This document shows positions 61,238-64,000 of a stretch of DNA of 64,000 nucleotides, one piece after another. The notes under the pieces were generated by a model. The model saw only the letters and a list, made by a program, of their open reading frames with translations, did not search any database and was not told the DNA's origin. Position 1 is the stretch's first letter. Each line of letters opens with the position of its first letter. The DNA comes from Candidatus Hydrogenedentota bacterium (GTDB lineage Bacteria > Hydrogenedentota > Hydrogenedentia > Hydrogenedentales > JAEUWI01): NCBI GenBank assembly GCA_034669905.1, contig JAXMOL010000017.1:64001-128000 (forward strand). The letters are read 5' to 3'. The translations under genes were made by a program, and so were the position numbers.

Positions 61238-62194
61238 ATGGAAGAACCGTCCCCCATCCTATCGGTGGTGTTGCCCGCCTACAATGAGGCCGAGAACGTG
61301 GCCCCGGTTACCCAGCGCCTTTGCGAGGCGATGGAAGCCCTCGCACGCCCCTTTGAAATCCTGTGGGTCAATGACGGGAGCACGGACGACACCCCCGACA
61401 TCCTGGAGCAATTGTGTGCGGACGACGGCCGGATTCGCGCGCTCCATTTTTCCCGCAATTTCGGCCACATGGCGGCCCTCTGCGCGGGATTGGAAGCGGC
61501 ACGGGCCACGGGGGCAGTCATCACGATGGATGCCGATGGGCAACACCCCCCCGAGCTCATCGCGGAGTTGGTGGCCCGGTGGGACGACGGCGCGGACATC
61601 GTGCAGACCCTCCGCGACCCGGCGACGCAGGAAGGCCTATTAAAACAGCAGACATCGAAAGGCTTCTACCGCGTTTTGAGCCTCCTGGCCGATATCGAGT
61701 TACCGGCCGGTGCGGCCGACTTTCGGCTCATGGACCGGCAGGCCGTGGATGCCTTGAACGCCCTCCCCGAACGCGTGCGTTTTGTGCGGGGACTGGTCCA
61801 ATGGGTGGGCTTTGAGTGTGCGTATGTGCATTATGCCTCGGCCCCCCGACTGGCGGGCACGACGAAGTACAACTACTGGAAAATGATCAGCTTCGCCCTC
61901 AGCGGCATCACGTCTTTTTCGGTGCGGCCCTTGCGCCTCTCCTTTCTCATGGGGCTCATCGTCATCGCCCTGGCGGTCTGTTACAGCCTTTTTGTGGTCT
62001 GGGCAAAGTACGCGGGCCTGGCGTTGACCCCTGGATGGGCCAGCATCCTCCTGGTGGTCATGCTTCTGGGTGGTGCCCAACTCTTTGCCATCGGCATTGC
62101 GAGCGAATACCTGGCCCGCACCTACATGGAACAAAAACAGCGGCCCGTCTATATCTTGAAGAAGCCCCGACCGACGGAAAGGGCTGACTCATGA
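61238..62194 (+). CDS. GT2 polyprenol-phosphate glycosyltransferase (GtrB/ArnC-like)
   Basis: PAYNE, NDGSTD, SRNFGH, MDADGQHPP, DFRLMDR, two C-terminal TM helices and RPVY. Confidence 0.9.
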   Translation: MEEPSPILSVVLPAYNEAENVAPVTQRLCEAMEALARPFEILWVNDGSTDDTPDILEQLCADDGRIRALHFSRNFGHMAALCAGLEAARATGAVITMDADGQHPPELIAELVARWDDGADIVQTLRDPATQEGLLKQQTSKGFYRVLSLLADIELPAGAADFRLMDRQAVDALNALPERVRFVRGLVQWVGFECAYVHYASAPRLAGTTKYNYWKMISFALSGITSFSVRPLRLSFLMGLIVIALAVCYSLFVVWAKYAGLALTPGWASILLVVMLLGGAQLFAIGIASEYLARTYMEQKQRPVYILKKPRPTERADS

Positions 62195-63048
62195 GCTCCG
62201 GATGCATTTGCTGTGGTTCCGAAGACGCCGTCTCCCACCTCCGTGGCCTGGTGCGCTGCCCCCAGTGCACCCACGTATGGGCCGATCTCGCCCTCACGAA
62301 TGAAGAACTTCAGGCCCTCTACTCCGAGAACTATTTCCTCGGCGAAGAGTATCTCGACTACGAGAAGGAAAAGCCCGCCCTGGAGCGCAACTTTTCCTTG
62401 CGTCTGCAGGAGCTGTTGCTCCGCGTTTCGGCCGGGGGGCAACTCTGGGAAATCGGCTCGGCCTATGGGCATTTCCTCCAGCAGGCGGGCAAGCATTTTA
62501 AGACGGCGGGCTGTGACATTTCCGAGCACGCGGTGGACCACGCCCGCAACGACTTGGGCCAGGATGTCCAGTGTGGCGATTTCCTCCAACTCGATGCCCC
62601 CATGGAGCAGGATGTGGTCTGTCTCTGGGACACCATCGAGCACCTCTCCGAGCCGGCTGCCTATCTGGAGAAGGCCGCCACGCAGCTGAAACCCGGTGGG
62701 GTGGTGGCCCTGAGCACGGGGGACATCGGCGCCTTCATCGCGCGCCTCCGGGGCGAAAAATGGCGTCTCATCCATCCTCCGACACACCTGCACTACTTCA
62801 CGGCTGCGTCTGTTCGCACCTTGCTGAGTCGACTCGGCTTTGTCGATATTGAAATCCACTACCACGCCTTCTGGCGCAGTGCCGATGCGGTGGCCTACCG
62901 GCTTCTGGGCTATCCGGAATCCCGATGGACGGCCCCCCTGTATCGATTTCTGGCGCGTTGCGGCCTGCTGAATTTCTCGTTCCCCATGAACACCTATGAC
63001 CTCATGACGGTCTATGCGCGCAAAGGCGACGCACCGGACCCAACCTGA
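62191..63048 (+). CDS. Class I SAM-dependent methyltransferase with N-terminal Zn ribbon
   Basis: CICC...CPQC, EIGSAYG, DTIEHL, LKPGG and PPTHLHYF. Confidence 0.85.
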   Translation: MSSGCICCGSEDAVSHLRGLVRCPQCTHVWADLALTNEELQALYSENYFLGEEYLDYEKEKPALERNFSLRLQELLLRVSAGGQLWEIGSAYGHFLQQAGKHFKTAGCDISEHAVDHARNDLGQDVQCGDFLQLDAPMEQDVVCLWDTIEHLSEPAAYLEKAATQLKPGGVVALSTGDIGAFIARLRGEKWRLIHPPTHLHYFTAASVRTLLSRLGFVDIEIHYHAFWRSADAVAYRLLGYPESRWTAPLYRFLARCGLLNFSFPMNTYDLMTVYARKGDAPDPT

Positions 63049-63059
63049 AACCGATTTTC

Positions 63060-64000
63060 ATGACCTTATCTCCACCAAACAAGTCCCGGCTGCGCGAGTG
63101 CGCATTGGCCTTCCTCGCCCTGCTGGTCATTGCGGGGGCGCTGGCCACCACCTTTTCCCACGTGTTGCAGGCGGGTCCGGATGACATCTCCGGGCGTTAC
63201 GACGTCTACCGCTATTACGGCCCCATTACTTTTTACCTCGACTACTGCGTGCGTCAGGGCGAACTGCCGCTTTGGAATCCCCTGGTCTATTGTGGACTCC
63301 CGAATGCCGCCAACCCCCAGGCCTTTGTCTTCTATCCCCTGAACCTGCTACGCAGTCTCCTCCTCTCCGAGATCAGTCCCCAGTCCACCCTCCGCAGCCT
63401 CATCGGGTTCATGGGGCTTCACCTGCTCTTTATGGGTTTCTGCACCTATCTGTTGGGCCGGGCCCACAAACTGAGTTTTCCCGCCGCCCTCGTGGCGGCC
63501 CTGGCCTGGGTGTGCAGTGCCCTGATTGTCCGGCGGGCCGGTGAGTTTCACTTCCTCTACACCATCGCCTGGCTGCCCCTGATTCTGCTTTTCGTAAAGG
63601 CCGCCATCGACGCACCAACGGGACGCAAACGGCTCATGCACTGCACGGCAGCCGGTATCTTCCTGGGCATCAGTATCCTCGGCGGCTTCTTGCAAATTGT
63701 GAGCTACCTCGGGGTCTGCATCGGGCTCTATGCGCTGGTCTATCGGGTCCTCGCACCCAACGCGACGGCAGAAGCAGCCGCCAGCCCGGGCATACGGGGC
63801 TTCTCGCGCGAAGTGCTGGCCTTCGGCGCGATATTCCTCTTCGCGGTGGTGATTGGTATGGCCCTTCTGTTACCGGTCGCCGAACTGACCGGATTCTCCG
63901 CGCGACAGAAGGGTATGCCCGTGCCCATGTATTCCGACATGATGAAGTGGGACGTGACCCGCCTCTACCAGAGTCTCGTGGTCTTTGCGGGCATGAAATA
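63060..64000 (+). CDS. YfhO-like (GT-C) polytopic membrane protein; runs off the right edge
   Basis: Manual translation from the ATG at 63060: MTLSPPNK...GELPLWNPLVYCGLPNAANPQAFVFYPLN...AWLP, with many TM segments. Confidence 0.75.
   Translation, partial: MTLSPPNKSRLRECALAFLALLVIAGALATTFSHVLQAGPDDISGRYDVYRYYGPITFYLDYCVRQGELPLWNPLVYCGLPNAANPQAFVFYPLNLLRSLLLSEISPQSTLRSLIGFMGLHLLFMGFCTYLLGRAHKLSFPAALVAALAWVCSALIVRRAGEFHFLYTIAWLPLILLFVKAAIDAPTGRKRLMHCTAAGIFLGISILGGFLQIVSYLGVCIGLYALVYRVLAPNATAEAAASPGIRGFSREVLAFGAIFLFAVVIGMALLLPVAELTGFSARQKGMPVPMYSDMMKWDVTRLYQSLVVFAGMK

Noticed and set aside
1..64000. CRISPR arrays, IS elements, prophage, rRNA and tRNA
   Set aside because: No spaced repeats, transposase, integrase or phage genes, or RNA gene signatures seen by eye; composition looks uniform.

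Overview
A 64 kb, GC-rich, gene-dense bacterial chromosome segment with about 50 protein-coding genes. I saw no rRNA, tRNA, CRISPR array, transposase or prophage. The DUF1559-type prepilin ([15 protein letters not shown] motif), the PVC-type CxxCH heme protein and the gene mix suggest Candidatus Hydrogenedentota or a PVC-like lineage; this is inference. Content in order: an EF-G paralog (cut at the left edge); AmmeMemoRadiSam B/A; dGTPase-PNP; galactokinase; coaE; an MqnA-like gene; an HU-tsaB-rimI-GH116-like run; a Hel308/Ski2-like helicase fused to an OmpR-type winged helix; a propeller hybrid kinase; a P1B-5-type ATPase; a PhoB/PhoR-like pair with an OprO/P porin; bioB; a kinase-receiver-PP2C module; a Wzm/Wzt and glycosyltransferase surface-glycan cluster; a sigma-54 activator; a membrane MutS-like protein; and a GtrB/methyltransferase/YfhO-like cluster (cut at the right edge). 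Five observations stand out. (1) The helicase-wHTH fusion sits behind a near-perfect sigma-70 promoter whose spacer is an SOS-box-like palindrome. (2) A candidate Pho box of 11-bp-phased CTAA(C/T) repeats occurs with identical geometry before the phoB-like gene and the porin. (3) The glycan-export locus has a Wzt with a tandemly duplicated C-terminal domain, a radical-SAM-derived GT2 fusion and a half GT9. (4) The GH116 homologue has Gln at the apparent nucleophile position. (5) Several other enzymes look degenerate. All family calls come from motif recognition by eye; no database search was run.
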